Source: Calditrichia bacterium (GTDB lineage Bacteria > Calditrichota > Calditrichia > JAJRVZ01). Taken from it: a stretch of 64,000 bases of DNA. Positions 1 through 10,928 of the stretch are shown one piece after another; the stretch's first letter is position 1, and each line of letters starts with the position of its first letter. The notes beneath the pieces are model-generated. The model ran no database searches, was not told the DNA's origin, and saw nothing but the letters and a program-made list of their open reading frames with translations. The position numbers were made by a program, and so were the translations under genes. The stretch covers positions 320,001 to 384,000 of the forward strand of contig CAWCNS010000009.1 in assembly GCA_963796965.1 (NCBI GenBank), read 5' to 3'.

Positions 1-803
1 GAAACTTCGGCATCGTCGTTCAGTTTGAGTTTGAACTTCATTCGGTCGGACCTGATATTTTTGCCGGATTGATTGTTTTTCCGTTAGAACAAGCCAAGCA
101 GGTATTAACAAAATATCGTGATTATGCAGAGTCAATTCCTGAAGAACTAAATGTTTGGGTTGTACTTCGCAAGGCTCCTCCCTTACCTTTCCTTCCGGAG
201 GAGGTCCATGGTAAGGAGGTTGTAGTTATGGCTGTATTTTATGCTGGGGATGGGACTGAGGGTGGAAAACTTGTCGAACCGATAAGTAATTTTGGTACTC
301 CTTACGGCACGCATCTTGGTACTATGCCATATACTGACTGGCAGCAGGCTTTTGATCCCTTACTTACACCGGGTGCACGTAATTATTGGAAATCCCATAA
401 TTTCACCGATCTTAAAGATGATGCTTTAGATACCGTGATCGATTATGCAGGCAAATTGCCCTCCCCTCAGACGGAGATTTTTTTAGCACTCATCTCGGGC
501 AGTCCTAACCGTGTTGCGCAGGAGGCCATGGCCTATAGCAACAGGGATGCAAAGTTTGTGCTCAATGTACACGGACGTTGGGATGATGCCGCAGATGATG
601 ATACCTGTATTGCCTGGGCCCGTGAATTTTTTAAAGCCTCTGCGCCTTATGCCTCTGCCGGTGCCTATGTGAACTTCATGACCGAAGAAGAAGGTGACCG
701 CGTCGAAGCCGCCTATGGATCGAACCATGATCGCTTGGTTCAGATCAAGCAAAAGTACGACCCGGAAAATGTCTTCCATCTTAATCAGAATATCAAACCA
801 TAA
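1..803 (+). CDS. FAD-linked oxidoreductase with C-terminal berberine-bridge (BBE) domain, 5' end outside the window
   Basis: The frame is open from base 3 (NFGIVVQFEF, part of the GNFGIV motif). The C-terminal AYVNF...AYGSNHDRLVQIKQKYDPENVF is the BBE signature. Confidence 0.9.
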   Translation, partial: NFGIVVQFEFELHSVGPDIFAGLIVFPLEQAKQVLTKYRDYAESIPEELNVWVVLRKAPPLPFLPEEVHGKEVVVMAVFYAGDGTEGGKLVEPISNFGTPYGTHLGTMPYTDWQQAFDPLLTPGARNYWKSHNFTDLKDDALDTVIDYAGKLPSPQTEIFLALISGSPNRVAQEAMAYSNRDAKFVLNVHGRWDDAADDDTCIAWAREFFKASAPYASAGAYVNFMTEEEGDRVEAAYGSNHDRLVQIKQKYDPENVFHLNQNIKP

Positions 804-853
804 ACCTGCCCCAAAAACACTACTGTCTAAACAGTAGAAGATAATTTAATAAT

Positions 854-881
854 GTAGTGGCCGTTCCCCAACGGCTACTAC
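854..881 (+). terminator. Hairpin after the oxidoreductase gene (terminator or REP-like)
   Basis: GTAGTGGCCGTT-CCCC-AACGGCTACTAC inverted repeat, followed by TGTTTAT. Confidence 0.6.
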
Positions 882-899
882 TGTTTATCTGATAACAAT

Positions 900-1378
900 A
901 GGTATAGATCTATGATTTTAAATCAAAATCTTAGAAAAGCAACATAACCATATTTTGGTCTTTTTTCCTTTTTCTTATTCTCTACGCCTCTGCATGAAAA
1001 AAACTAAACACAAAGCCCACAAAGAAGTCTCAAAGGACACTAAGGAAAGATTATTAATATTTAATTTCAGCTGGTATTAATCTATGGTCATAAACTATGA
1101 TCTAAGATAGGCAAATTCTAAAACCCTAGTAATCTTTTCTCTGTGTACTCTGCGCTCGTTGCGGCGCTGCGTGAAAAAGACTAAACACAATGAGCACAAA
1201 GAAGTCTCAAAGGGCACTAAGGAAAGATTACTAATATTTAATTTCAGCTGGTATTAATCTATGGTTATAAACTATGATCTAAGATAAGCAAATTATAAAA
1301 CCCTAGAATCTTTTCTCTGCGTTCTCTGCCTCTTTGCGCCTCTGCGTGAAAAAGCTAAACACAAAGCACATGAAGAAA
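900..1378 (+). repeat. Tandem copies of a ~175-bp intergenic element (family A): partial, 1004-1180, 1181-1354, partial
   Basis: Units begin CTAAACACAA.. and end ..CTGCGTGAAAAAG. The two full units are near-identical. Confidence 0.9.
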
Positions 1379-1573
1379 TATTTTGGTTCTAAATTCTACT
1401 TGCCATTTGTAACAATCCTAATTACTTTATTATGTCTTCCTTCCTAATCTCTAATGCACACTGGTATCCTAACTGACTATTTATTCTTCAGCACCACTTC
1501 TATACCAGGCCTATATACGGAAATCATATTATCTGCTATCAAAAAAAACAAAGTCAAATGGGAAAATCAATTC

Positions 1574-2442
1574 ATGTGTAAACAATATTCCTATTTAACC
1601 TGCCAAGGAATTCTTATTCTATGCCTACTCCTTGTTCTGGCGCTGCTAATGCAGGGTTGTTTTGGGAATAGTTCAAACCGCCGTGGAAAACTAAGTGACG
1701 CCATGGAAGAATCTTCTGATGATCACAAGGGTGAGCGAAAAGTGGATACGGAGCCTGATCCCGATTACGAGGAAGAAGATGATGATGATTATATTATGGG
1801 TTTGTCTGAAACCTCTAACGCCGTAGTCGAAGATGATTCACTTACCCCCTTTACCACTCCCGTGCTGACAGGACCAAAATTGGACTGGTTTACCATTGCC
1901 GGTGGAACCGGTTTGGTAAAAAATGAAGACTTCTATGGTTTTAATCACGGCAATCTGGCCATTGGTACCTTTTTCGCCGAGAAACATTATCTTGAGTTAC
2001 TGCCGGATTCAGTTGGTCGCCAGTACAAGAAACCAGCGTGCTTGATGAATCTCTTGATGGCGGGGTAACCTTACTTCAAATTGGTATAGGATATAAATAT
2101 TATCTGACACCCCGCTATACATTCATGGGTTTATATATCTGTGGCGGGTTAGGTTATGCTTATATGCGCTGGTCCTATAAGCATCCCTTTGAGGCCATGT
2201 CCTATGACGAATACGGATATGAACTAGGGATGGAGACGATTAGCAGCGATGGACTTTCTGGTTTTGAAATTTATACCGGGGTGGGACTCAACATCGTTCA
2301 AACAGAAAGATTTCAGATGGGTGGTGAGATTTTACCAGGTGCCATACTCTGGGGTGGCGAGACCTCGGAAGGCTTTGATAATGACGTCTTTGATAATTTT
2401 ACCTATACCAGGCTAAAAATTTTCCTCCGCTTTGGTTGGTAA
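1574..2442 (+). CDS. Putative lipoprotein with acidic linker and outer-membrane beta-barrel-like C-terminus (frameshift near 1998)
   Basis: Lipobox LLMQG|C and an EEEDDDD tract. ORFs 1454-2068 and 2038-2442 join by one indel. Alternating hydrophobic strands end in LRFGW. Confidence 0.6.
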
Positions 2443-2756
2443 TGAAAAAGTGATCCACTCCGATCTGATCAACGATTTGGCAAACTATTTAAAAAAATAG
2501 GCTTTCAGAGTCAAAACATTCAATAATCCAATATCACATTACAATAATCCATCCTAAAAATTATTGCATTATATCAATAAAATTTAATATTTAGATTGTA
2601 TCCTTCCTCACAACAAATTAATCTGAACAATTATATTATGGTTTAGGGATTATTCTCAAAAAATAGGCATTAATCCTATCAAAGTTAGCGATTTGGACGA
2701 TGATATTACTTTAACTGAATATATTTGTCTGATCCTGCTAATACTGAGAAAGTTAA

Positions 2757-5700
2757 ATGAAACCCTTTAAATTTTTAATCCTGTTGATCTTTATAAGTCT
2801 TACGCAAGTCTATGCTGCTTTTCTTAAAGACATACCGCAGATACTTTTCCAGCCAAACGGTGATGTCCTTCATGTCTTTGCCACAGGCGATGAATTTTCT
2901 AACTGGCTGCATGATGAAAACGGTTTCGTTATCATACGAGATTCTCACAGCGGCTACTATGTCTATGCCGAACAAGTAAATTCTATAGTGGCACCCTCAG
3001 AACATATCGTCGGTCGGTCTGATCCCGCGCAACTTGGACTGGAACCCTTTACACCGCTTACACAGGATGAATACACGGAGGCGCGCAAAACATTCGGGCC
3101 AAACTCAGGGGCCGATCCCGGGAACATCGTAAATGCTCCGACTACGGGAACCCTGAATAACATCGTCATCTTTATTCGCTTTAATGATGATACTGAATTT
3201 ACAGATCAGATTTCTGTTTATGATCAGATGTTTAATTCCTCCACAAGCGGCGACAACTCCCTCTATAACTTTTTCAAAGAAGCATCCTATAATCAATTGG
3301 ATGTGCTTTCAACCAATTATCCGACTACAACAGGCAGTACCGTGATATCCTATCAGGATTCCTATAACAGAAATTATTACGAACCCTATGATGCCATACA
3401 GAATCCAACTGGCTATGACGGATCTACTGAGAGAAGAGTCCGGGAACATGCCTTGTTACAGAATGCCGTAAATGCTGTTTCTTCTCAGATCCCAGCAAAT
3501 TTAAATGTAGATGGCGATAATGATGATTATGTGGATAATGTTGTCTTTATCGTCTATGGTGATGCAAATGGCTGGTCTAACTTACTGTGGCCCCATAAGT
3601 GGGCTCTCTATACCTATGATGTCAGAATAAACGGCAAACGGGTATGGGAATATAATTTCCAGTTACAGATCCATTTGGGGGGATCTGGCGTTGGTGTTTT
3701 ATGCCACGAAATGTTTCATTCCCTGGGCGCCCCTGATCTCTATGTCTATCCAAGCGAACAGCCAACCGACTATTGGCTGCCTGTGGGTCCCTGGGATCTT
3801 ATGGCCTATACACCAAATCCACCGGTGCATATGGGTGCCTATATGAAATACCAATATGGTAACTGGATTACCAGCATCCCCGAGATTACAACTTCCGGTA
3901 CATATGCGTTAAATCCTCTGACCGATGTCTCGGATAATTGTTATAAAATCCAATCGCCGAATACACCCTCTGAATATTTTGTTTTAGAATACCGCAACGA
4001 ATGGATGGATGTTTTTGAAGGCAGCTTGCCCGGATCGGGATTGTTGGTTTATAGGATTAATGAAGGGCAGGAGAATAAAACCGGTCCCCTATTTGAGGTC
4101 TATATTTATCGCCCCGATGGTACGCTAAACGCACGGGGGGATATCTTATACGGCAAATTTTAATGCTGAATCGGGAAGAACGGCAATTAATGATACAACT
4201 AATCCGGACTGTTTTCTTTCCGATGGCACTGCCGGTGGACTACAAATTTCAAATATCGGTCCAGTAGGAGCAGCCATCTCTTTCGATGTGATCATCCCTG
4301 GCTCCCCTTTTCTTGAAGTTGATTCTTCTGCAATCACTCTCGCAGCAGCAACCAATAGTCAGAACAGTTTTGGAATCTCTTCAAATATTGACTGGATCGT
4401 CTCTGAAAATGAACCCTGGTTTGAGGTTTCTCCCGTCAATGGATCTGACAATGCTAGCATAATTGCTACAGCAACCAGCGAAAATACAGATCCTGAATCA
4501 CGCTCCGGAACGATCATAATTAGTGGATCCGGTATTTCAGATACAGTTGTCGTTTCCCAATTGGGAACACCGATTTCTTCCACAGAAGTAACCATAACAA
4601 CCCTACCTTCGGAACTGCAGATCAGCGTGGATGGGGTCACCTATACAGCACCGCAAACATTCAGCTGGCAACCCGAATCAATACATAGCATCGGCGTTAT
4701 CTCACCCCAGGGCAATGATTCCACACGCTATCTCTATACCAGCTGGAGTGATGGCGGGGAGCAGACCCATGACATAACAACCCCATCGAATGCGACAACT
4801 TATACTGCTAAATTTTGAGAACGAATATTATCTGACCATGACTGCCGGTGAAGGTGGCTCGGTCACACCGGCCAGCGGTTGGCAAAAGGATGCTGCCCAG
4901 GTTCAGATTGAATCCACAATCAATTCCGGTTTCTACTTCATTGGCTGGACCGGAGCTGGTAATGGATCCTATACGGGTATAAATAATCCGGCAACGATTA
5001 CCATGAATGGTCCCGTATCAGAAAGTGCAGATTTCTCACCCATGAGCGGTATTACGGTGGCAACTTCCCCATCGGGATTGCAGATCAGCGTGGATGGGAT
5101 CACCTATACAGCACCACAGACTTTCAGCTGGCAACCTGAATCCAGTCATTCTATTGGCGTGGTCTCGCCCCAGGGAAATGATTCCACACGCTATCTCTAT
5201 ACCAGCTGGAGTGATGGCGGGGACCAGACCCATAACATAACAACTCCTTCAAATGCGACAACTTACACTGCTAACTTTGAAACCGAATACTATCTGACCA
5301 TGAATGCCGGGGAAGGTGGCGCGGTCACACCGGTCAGCGGCTGGCAAAAGGATGCTGCCCAGGTTCAGATCGAAGCAACAGTTAATTCAGGGTCCTACTT
5401 TGTTGGCTGGACCGGAGTTGGCAATGGATCCTATACGGGTATAAATAATCCGGCAACAATTACCATGAATGGCCCTGTATCAGAAAGTGCAGATTTCTCA
5501 CCCATGAGCGGTATTACGGTGGCAACTTCCCCATCGGGATTGCAGATCAGCGTGGATGGTGTCACGTACACGGCACCGCAAACATTCAGTTGGCAACCCG
5601 ATTCGCCTCATTCCATTGGCGTGGTCTCGCCCCAGGGAAATGATTCCACACGCTATCTCTATACCAGCTGGAGTGATGGCGGGGACCAGACCCATGACAT

Positions 5701-6549
5701 TACAACACCATCGAATGCGACAACTTACACTGCCAATTTTGAGACCGAATATTACCTAACCATGAATGCCGGTGAAGGCGGCGCGGTCACACCGGTCAGC
5801 GGTTGGCAAAAGAACGCGGCCCAGGTTCAGATTGAATCCACGGTTAATTCCGGGTTCTACTTCATTGGCTGGACCGGCTCCGGCAATGGATCCTATACAG
5901 GTAGTAACAATCCGGCCAGCATCACTATGAATGGACCTTTAAAGGAAACAGCTACATTTGCCGCTATTGTCGGGAATATAACGGTTAATTATCCCAATGG
6001 CGGCGAAGAATGGAATATGGGAGAAACGGTGGAAATTCGCTGGAACTCCGAAAATGTTGAGCGGGTAGATATTTACTTTAGTATCAACAATGGCACAAAT
6101 TGGTCGCTTATCGCTGAAGATACATTATCAACGGGATTAATTGAATGGTCCGTTTCAGGTACCGCTTCAACTCATTGTCTGATTAGGATTGATGATAGCA
6201 AGAATGATACTTTCTCAGACTGAGTGACGGAATTTTCACGATAAAGGAATCTGTCAACAACATTATTACAGAAAAGACATTACCTAATACCGTAACCTTA
6301 GCACAAAATTATCCTAATCCTTTTAATCCCAGTACCACAATAAGATACACGATTCCAGAAAGGACATTTGTCAGCCTTAAGATTTATGATTATATGGGAA
6401 AGGAAATTGCCAACCCGGTGGAAGAGTTAAAAAATCGCGGAGAATTCCAGGTTCATTTTAATTCAAATAACCTATCATCGGGAATTTACATTTACATTCT
6501 GCGGGCAGGAAATGCCGTAAAAATCAAAAAAATGATTCTGATTAAATAA
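2757..6549 (+). CDS. Secreted M6-family (immune inhibitor A-like) metalloprotease with a BACON-like domain, three 154-aa repeats and a C-terminal sorting domain (frameshifts near 4150, 4812, 6220)
   Basis: Signal peptide and HEMFHSLGAPDLY zinc motif. Reading on past 6223 in a new frame gives LAQNYPNPFNPSTTIRY...KKMILIK, with stop at 6547-6549. Confidence 0.85.
4600..5960 (+). repeat. Three intragenic tandem repeats of 462 bp
   Basis: GCAGATCAGCGTGGATGG starts at 4617, 5080 and 5542. Confidence 0.9.
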
Positions 6550-6596
6550 GGATTACAAAATTTACCTCATAACTACTTCAACTTTTTTGATAAATG

Positions 6597-6677
6597 AGAT
6601 CATGAAATAAACCTGTCCTGACGACAGGTCAGGATTCAGGATGACCTAAACGTCATTCTGAACTTGTTTCAGAATCT
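6597..6677. repeat. GTCATxCTGAA-type palindromic repeat arms, with a small hairpin nested in one arm
   Basis: AGATCATGAAATAAA[CCTGTCCTGACGACAGGTCAGGA]TTCAGGATGAC, then GTCATTCTGAACTTGTTTCAGAATCT, which matches 17549-17574 in reverse. Confidence 0.7.
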
Positions 6678-6860
6678 AATAACAAATAACTATCATATTC
6701 TTTCTCAAATTTAAATTCACCTCAATTGAATCTATTCGAAAAAGTCACTAAAATCTACTGACAGAAAATTTGATCCAATACCTCCATTTAATATATAGTT
6801 TTGTTATGGTGGATCGAATCATTCCCGTATTATCTATTGACTAAATTCAGGAGAAATAAA

Positions 6861-8957
6861 ATGAAACGTATCATTTCCGCCTTAGTTGTCCTTCAGCTAT
6901 TTTTCACCGGGACGGATAAACTTTCTGCTGATGATACCTTTGCCGTCAACTTTTTTTACCAGCCACCGGAATGGCAAACAGCTATATGCCTGCCGGACGA
7001 TCCGCATAAATCCCTCGTCGATAAAAGCGGTGAACTGCTTTACCATTACAGAAAAGGTAATCGTGAATTCGGTACACGACTCTCTGTGGAAGTAAGCGGT
7101 GATCTTGTCTGGCGGAGACAGGAACTGGAATCGCCACGCATTCCCATAGTTAAAACCTTCCAGACAGCTGAAGGCGTGGAAATTATCCAGGAGGCCTTTG
7201 CCGTCACTGGCGGATTAAAACCTTCATCATCCGCTCAGCTGATCACTGATGATCCGCCGCGAAACGACATAATTCTTGTCCATATCACGAACACCAGTAA
7301 GGTTACACATACATTCCACCCACGCTTAATTGTGAACACAGAACTGGGTCTGGACCTTGATAATCAGCGCCTAATTGTCAACAACCACGAAACCATAACC
7401 TCCTCGCTTAAGATCACCGAAATGACAGACAGAATACAGGTACAGCTCGAATCGATAACCATACCTGCCGGAGAAACCAATCGTTTTTTTGTGCTTTATA
7501 GCAGCGGTGAACCGATTGTGATCAAGCCGAGCACAGTTCAACAGGCCCAGGTCTGCCGCGATGAGGCGGTGACCTATTGGAAAGAAGCCCCCTTACCATA
7601 TGGGCGAATTGAGGTGCCTGATACGGGAATTCAGGGATTGATTGATGCCGCCATTCGCAATATTTGGCAGGCACGGGAGATCAAAAAGGGTCTCCCTGCC
7701 TTTCAGGTGGGACCGACCTGCTATCGCGGATTATGGATCGTGGATGGTGCTTTTCTTTTGGAAGCGGCGACGATTCTTGGCGCTGGCCAGGAGGCGCGCA
7801 ATGGTGTGGCTTATGAACTCACGTACCAGCAGCCGGATGGCCGTATTCAGGTTATGAAGGATTTTTCTAAAGAAAACGGTATCGTGCTTTGGACCTGTGT
7901 GCGACAGGCACAACTCACCCAGGACAAGGTTTGGCTGAGATCTGTTTGGCCAAAACTTGAAAGAATTGCAGAGCATATCAAAACCCTCCGCAAGGAGACA
8001 CTTACAAATGAATCAGCTGTTGATGATGGTCTTCTACCGGCCGGGTTTTCTGACGGAGGTGTTGGTGGTATCAACGATGAACATACCAACTCTTACTGGA
8101 ATTTATTAGGTTTACATGCATTCATTCAAGGTGCATATTGGCTTGGACAGACGGAAGAGGCCCAGGAATGGCAGAAGGAATATGATGACTTTATGGACAC
8201 CTTCCGCAAAGCCGCCACACGTGATAGTCGTACCGATCCCTATGGTAACCGCTATCTGCCCATTCGCATGGATGGTGAGGATTTACCACAACGCGGACAG
8301 TGGGCATTCTGTCACGCCGTTTATCCGGGTCAGATATTTGATAAAAATGATCCTCTGGTGGCAGGGAACCTGGCTATGCTTGCCGCAACTGAACGCGAGG
8401 GTATGGTGTATGGTACCGGTTGGGATGCCACCGGAATCTGGAATTATTTTGCCTCTTTTTATGGCCACGCCTGGTTATGGCAGGGGGATGGAAAAAAAGC
8501 TACACAATTACTTTACGCCTTTGCCAACCATGCATCTCCCATGCTGGTCTGGCGGGAAGAACAATCTCTAAAAGGTGAGAAATTCAAAAAAGTCGGCGAT
8601 ATGCCCCATAACTGGGCCAGCGCCGAATTTATCCGATTAGCCGTCCATTTGTTGGCATTAGATCGCGGTGATGAGATGCATCTCTTCGAGGGCTTGCCTG
8701 GGACCTGGACACAGCCCGGTATGACCACTAGACTTACCGGTATTAACACCCCCTTCGGCCCGTTGACATTAGAATTGACAATCACAGCTGACGGCAAAAC
8801 GTCCAATCTCATTGTGGAACCGCTGGATGCGTCGGTCTGCAAACGTATCGTCGTGCATCTGGGCGAATGGGCTAGTTCAGATAAATCCGCCACAATTGAA
8901 CTTGATCCACACCAACCACAGTCACTACAAATTCCGATCAGCCTCAAATTCGATTGA
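6861..8957 (+). CDS. Secreted glycoside hydrolase-like protein, probable (alpha/alpha)6 six-hairpin fold
   Basis: AGGAG before ATG 6861 and a signal peptide. YRGLWIVDG, LLPAGFSDGG and GDMPHNWASAEF motifs resemble six-hairpin glycosidases. The family could not be assigned. Confidence 0.6.
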   Translation: MKRIISALVVLQLFFTGTDKLSADDTFAVNFFYQPPEWQTAICLPDDPHKSLVDKSGELLYHYRKGNREFGTRLSVEVSGDLVWRRQELESPRIPIVKTFQTAEGVEIIQEAFAVTGGLKPSSSAQLITDDPPRNDIILVHITNTSKVTHTFHPRLIVNTELGLDLDNQRLIVNNHETITSSLKITEMTDRIQVQLESITIPAGETNRFFVLYSSGEPIVIKPSTVQQAQVCRDEAVTYWKEAPLPYGRIEVPDTGIQGLIDAAIRNIWQAREIKKGLPAFQVGPTCYRGLWIVDGAFLLEAATILGAGQEARNGVAYELTYQQPDGRIQVMKDFSKENGIVLWTCVRQAQLTQDKVWLRSVWPKLERIAEHIKTLRKETLTNESAVDDGLLPAGFSDGGVGGINDEHTNSYWNLLGLHAFIQGAYWLGQTEEAQEWQKEYDDFMDTFRKAATRDSRTDPYGNRYLPIRMDGEDLPQRGQWAFCHAVYPGQIFDKNDPLVAGNLAMLAATEREGMVYGTGWDATGIWNYFASFYGHAWLWQGDGKKATQLLYAFANHASPMLVWREEQSLKGEKFKKVGDMPHNWASAEFIRLAVHLLALDRGDEMHLFEGLPGTWTQPGMTTRLTGINTPFGPLTLELTITADGKTSNLIVEPLDASVCKRIVVHLGEWASSDKSATIELDPHQPQSLQIPISLKFD

Positions 8958-8986
8958 GGATGGATAGCGGTTCTAGGTGGAAAAAG

Positions 8987-9158
8987 ATAAACACAAAGGG
9001 CACAAAGAAGGCTCAAAGGTCACTAAGAAAGGATATTTATATATCTCGGTTAACAGAGATCTATGGTTTCAAAATATAATTTAGGATTAGAAAGATCTAA
9101 AACCCTAAAATCTTTTCTCTGCGAACTTTGCGCTCGCTGCGGCTCTGCGTGAAAAAAA
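8987..9158 (+). repeat. Family A ~175-bp element
   Basis: TAAACACAAAGGGCACAAAGAAGG...CTGCGGCTCTGCGTGAAAAAAA, colinear with 1004-1180. Confidence 0.9.
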
Positions 9159-9190
9159 CTTTACACTTACCACATAATCAAGGACAATCT

Positions 9191-10543
9191 ATGATATTTT
9201 CAAAAATCCGAAAATTCTTTGCACCAGATCCTCACATCGATCGCGTGCCAGAGACAGAAGTTAATCGTCTGTATAAAAAGTATCGCTGGAGTACACTTGA
9301 ATCCACCTTTATGGGCTACGCAATTTTCTACCTGGTTCGTAATAATTTATCTACAGTAGCCAAAGACATACAGGGTGCACTTCAATATGATTACAATATG
9401 ATCGGAAATATCCTCGCTATAAGTGCTATTGCATACGGCCTGGGAAAATTTTTGATGGGTTCCTTATCCGATCGAAGTAATCCCAGAAAATTTATGGCTA
9501 CCGGTCTCTTATTAACCGCCATCTGCAATTTTGCCTTCGGAAATGTTGAGAATTATACCATTCATTTACTCTTATGGGCCTTGAATGGTTTTATTCAGGG
9601 CATGGGTTGGCCTCCCTGTGGACGATCTATCGGGCATTGGTTTAGTATGCGAGAGCGGGGATCTTATTTCGCGATCTGGAATGTTGCACACAATATTGGA
9701 GGCGGTCTGGCAGGTATACTAGCAGCAACTGCTGCAGCTCATTATGGTTGGCAGGCGGCATTTTTCTTTCCCGGGGTTATCGCCATGATAGGCTCTATTT
9801 ATCTCTATTGGCGATTGCGGGACACCCCACAGTCTGTGGGACTACCTTCTGTCGAAGAATATAGAAATGATTATCCTGAAGGTGAACTACAGCATGGTCT
9901 GCACGAGAAAGAACTGAGCACAAAAGAATTATTTATTGATAATATATTAAAAAACAAATACCTGTGGATTGTCGCTGCCGCAAATTTTTTCGTTTATATT
10001 GTCCGTTACAGCATGCTTGATTGGGGACCGACCTATCTTAGGGAAGTCAAGGGTGCGACATTAGCCGGTGGTGGCATCGCCATTCTAATTATTGAGTTTG
10101 GCGGGATCCCTTCCACGCTTCTTATGGGTTGGCTTTCTGATAAAGTGGGCGGACGGCGGGGAATGATCAGCCTTTTATGTATGATCCCTATCTTTTTTGC
10201 CTTTGCAGGTATTTATTTAAATCCTCCTGGAAACCTATGGTTGGACATGACATTTCTGGCCATTATTGGCTTCTTTATCTATCCGCCGGTTATGTTGCTT
10301 GGGGTTTATGGGCTTGACCTTACCTCAAAAAAAGCTGTAGGCACAGCCGCTGGTTTTATCGGATTGTTCGGATATGTTGGAAGAACTGTCCAGGCTAAAG
10401 GATTTGGCTGGATGGTGGATCACTTTGGTGCTCTTCATGGGGCTGATGTGGGATGGAATCTTGTCATCGTTGCCATTCTTGGTTGCACCCTTATTGCAAT
10501 GATACTGTTGGCTTTTACCTGGAACCTCAAACCCAAGGCATAA
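9191..10543 (+). CDS. glpT: MFS organophosphate:Pi antiporter, GlpT/UhpT family
   Basis: [31 protein letters not shown] and [10 protein letters not shown] motifs. The track's TTG start at 9128 lies inside a repeat, so ATG 9191 is preferred. Confidence 0.85.
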   Translation: MIFSKIRKFFAPDPHIDRVPETEVNRLYKKYRWSTLESTFMGYAIFYLVRNNLSTVAKDIQGALQYDYNMIGNILAISAIAYGLGKFLMGSLSDRSNPRKFMATGLLLTAICNFAFGNVENYTIHLLLWALNGFIQGMGWPPCGRSIGHWFSMRERGSYFAIWNVAHNIGGGLAGILAATAAAHYGWQAAFFFPGVIAMIGSIYLYWRLRDTPQSVGLPSVEEYRNDYPEGELQHGLHEKELSTKELFIDNILKNKYLWIVAAANFFVYIVRYSMLDWGPTYLREVKGATLAGGGIAILIIEFGGIPSTLLMGWLSDKVGGRRGMISLLCMIPIFFAFAGIYLNPPGNLWLDMTFLAIIGFFIYPPVMLLGVYGLDLTSKKAVGTAAGFIGLFGYVGRTVQAKGFGWMVDHFGALHGADVGWNLVIVAILGCTLIAMILLAFTWNLKPKA

Positions 10544-10550
10544 GAAAAAT

Positions 10551-10917
10551 ATAAACACAAAGAGCGCAAAGAATTCTCAAAGGGCACTAAGAAAAGATTA
10601 TTTTTATTTATTAAATCTCGGCTGGTATAGATCTATAATTTTAAATTATAATCTAAGATAAGCAAGATCTACAACCCTAAAATCTTCTCTTAAGGTTCTC
10701 CGCGTCTTAGCGTCTCTGCGCGAGAAAAAGATTAAACACAAAGGACACAAAGTAGGCACTAAGATCACAAAGAAAAGATAGTATATCCTTTTTTATTTTT
10801 CGGCTAGTGGGAGTATAGGGCTTTATTAAATAATTTAGGATAAGCAAGATCCAAAACCATAAAATTTTTTTGATTTTCTCTGTGTCCTTTGTGCCTTCTT
10901 TGTGAACTTTGTGGTAA
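10551..10917 (+). repeat. Two tandem family A elements between convergent genes
   Basis: Units at 10551-10731 and 10732-10917. The second has matching inverted arms (CACAAAG)n...(CTTTGTG)n. Confidence 0.9.
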
Positions 10918-10928
10918 TCTTTTAAATT

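Noticed and set aside
900..1378. CRISPR array
   Set aside because: The units are ~175 bp and similar along their whole length, with no unique spacers and no cas genes.
9128..9190. N-terminal extensions in the ORF track (also 1454, 6801, 33101, 36225, 44570)
   Set aside because: They start in repeats or hairpins, or lack an RBS. Downstream ATGs fit RBS and signal peptides better.
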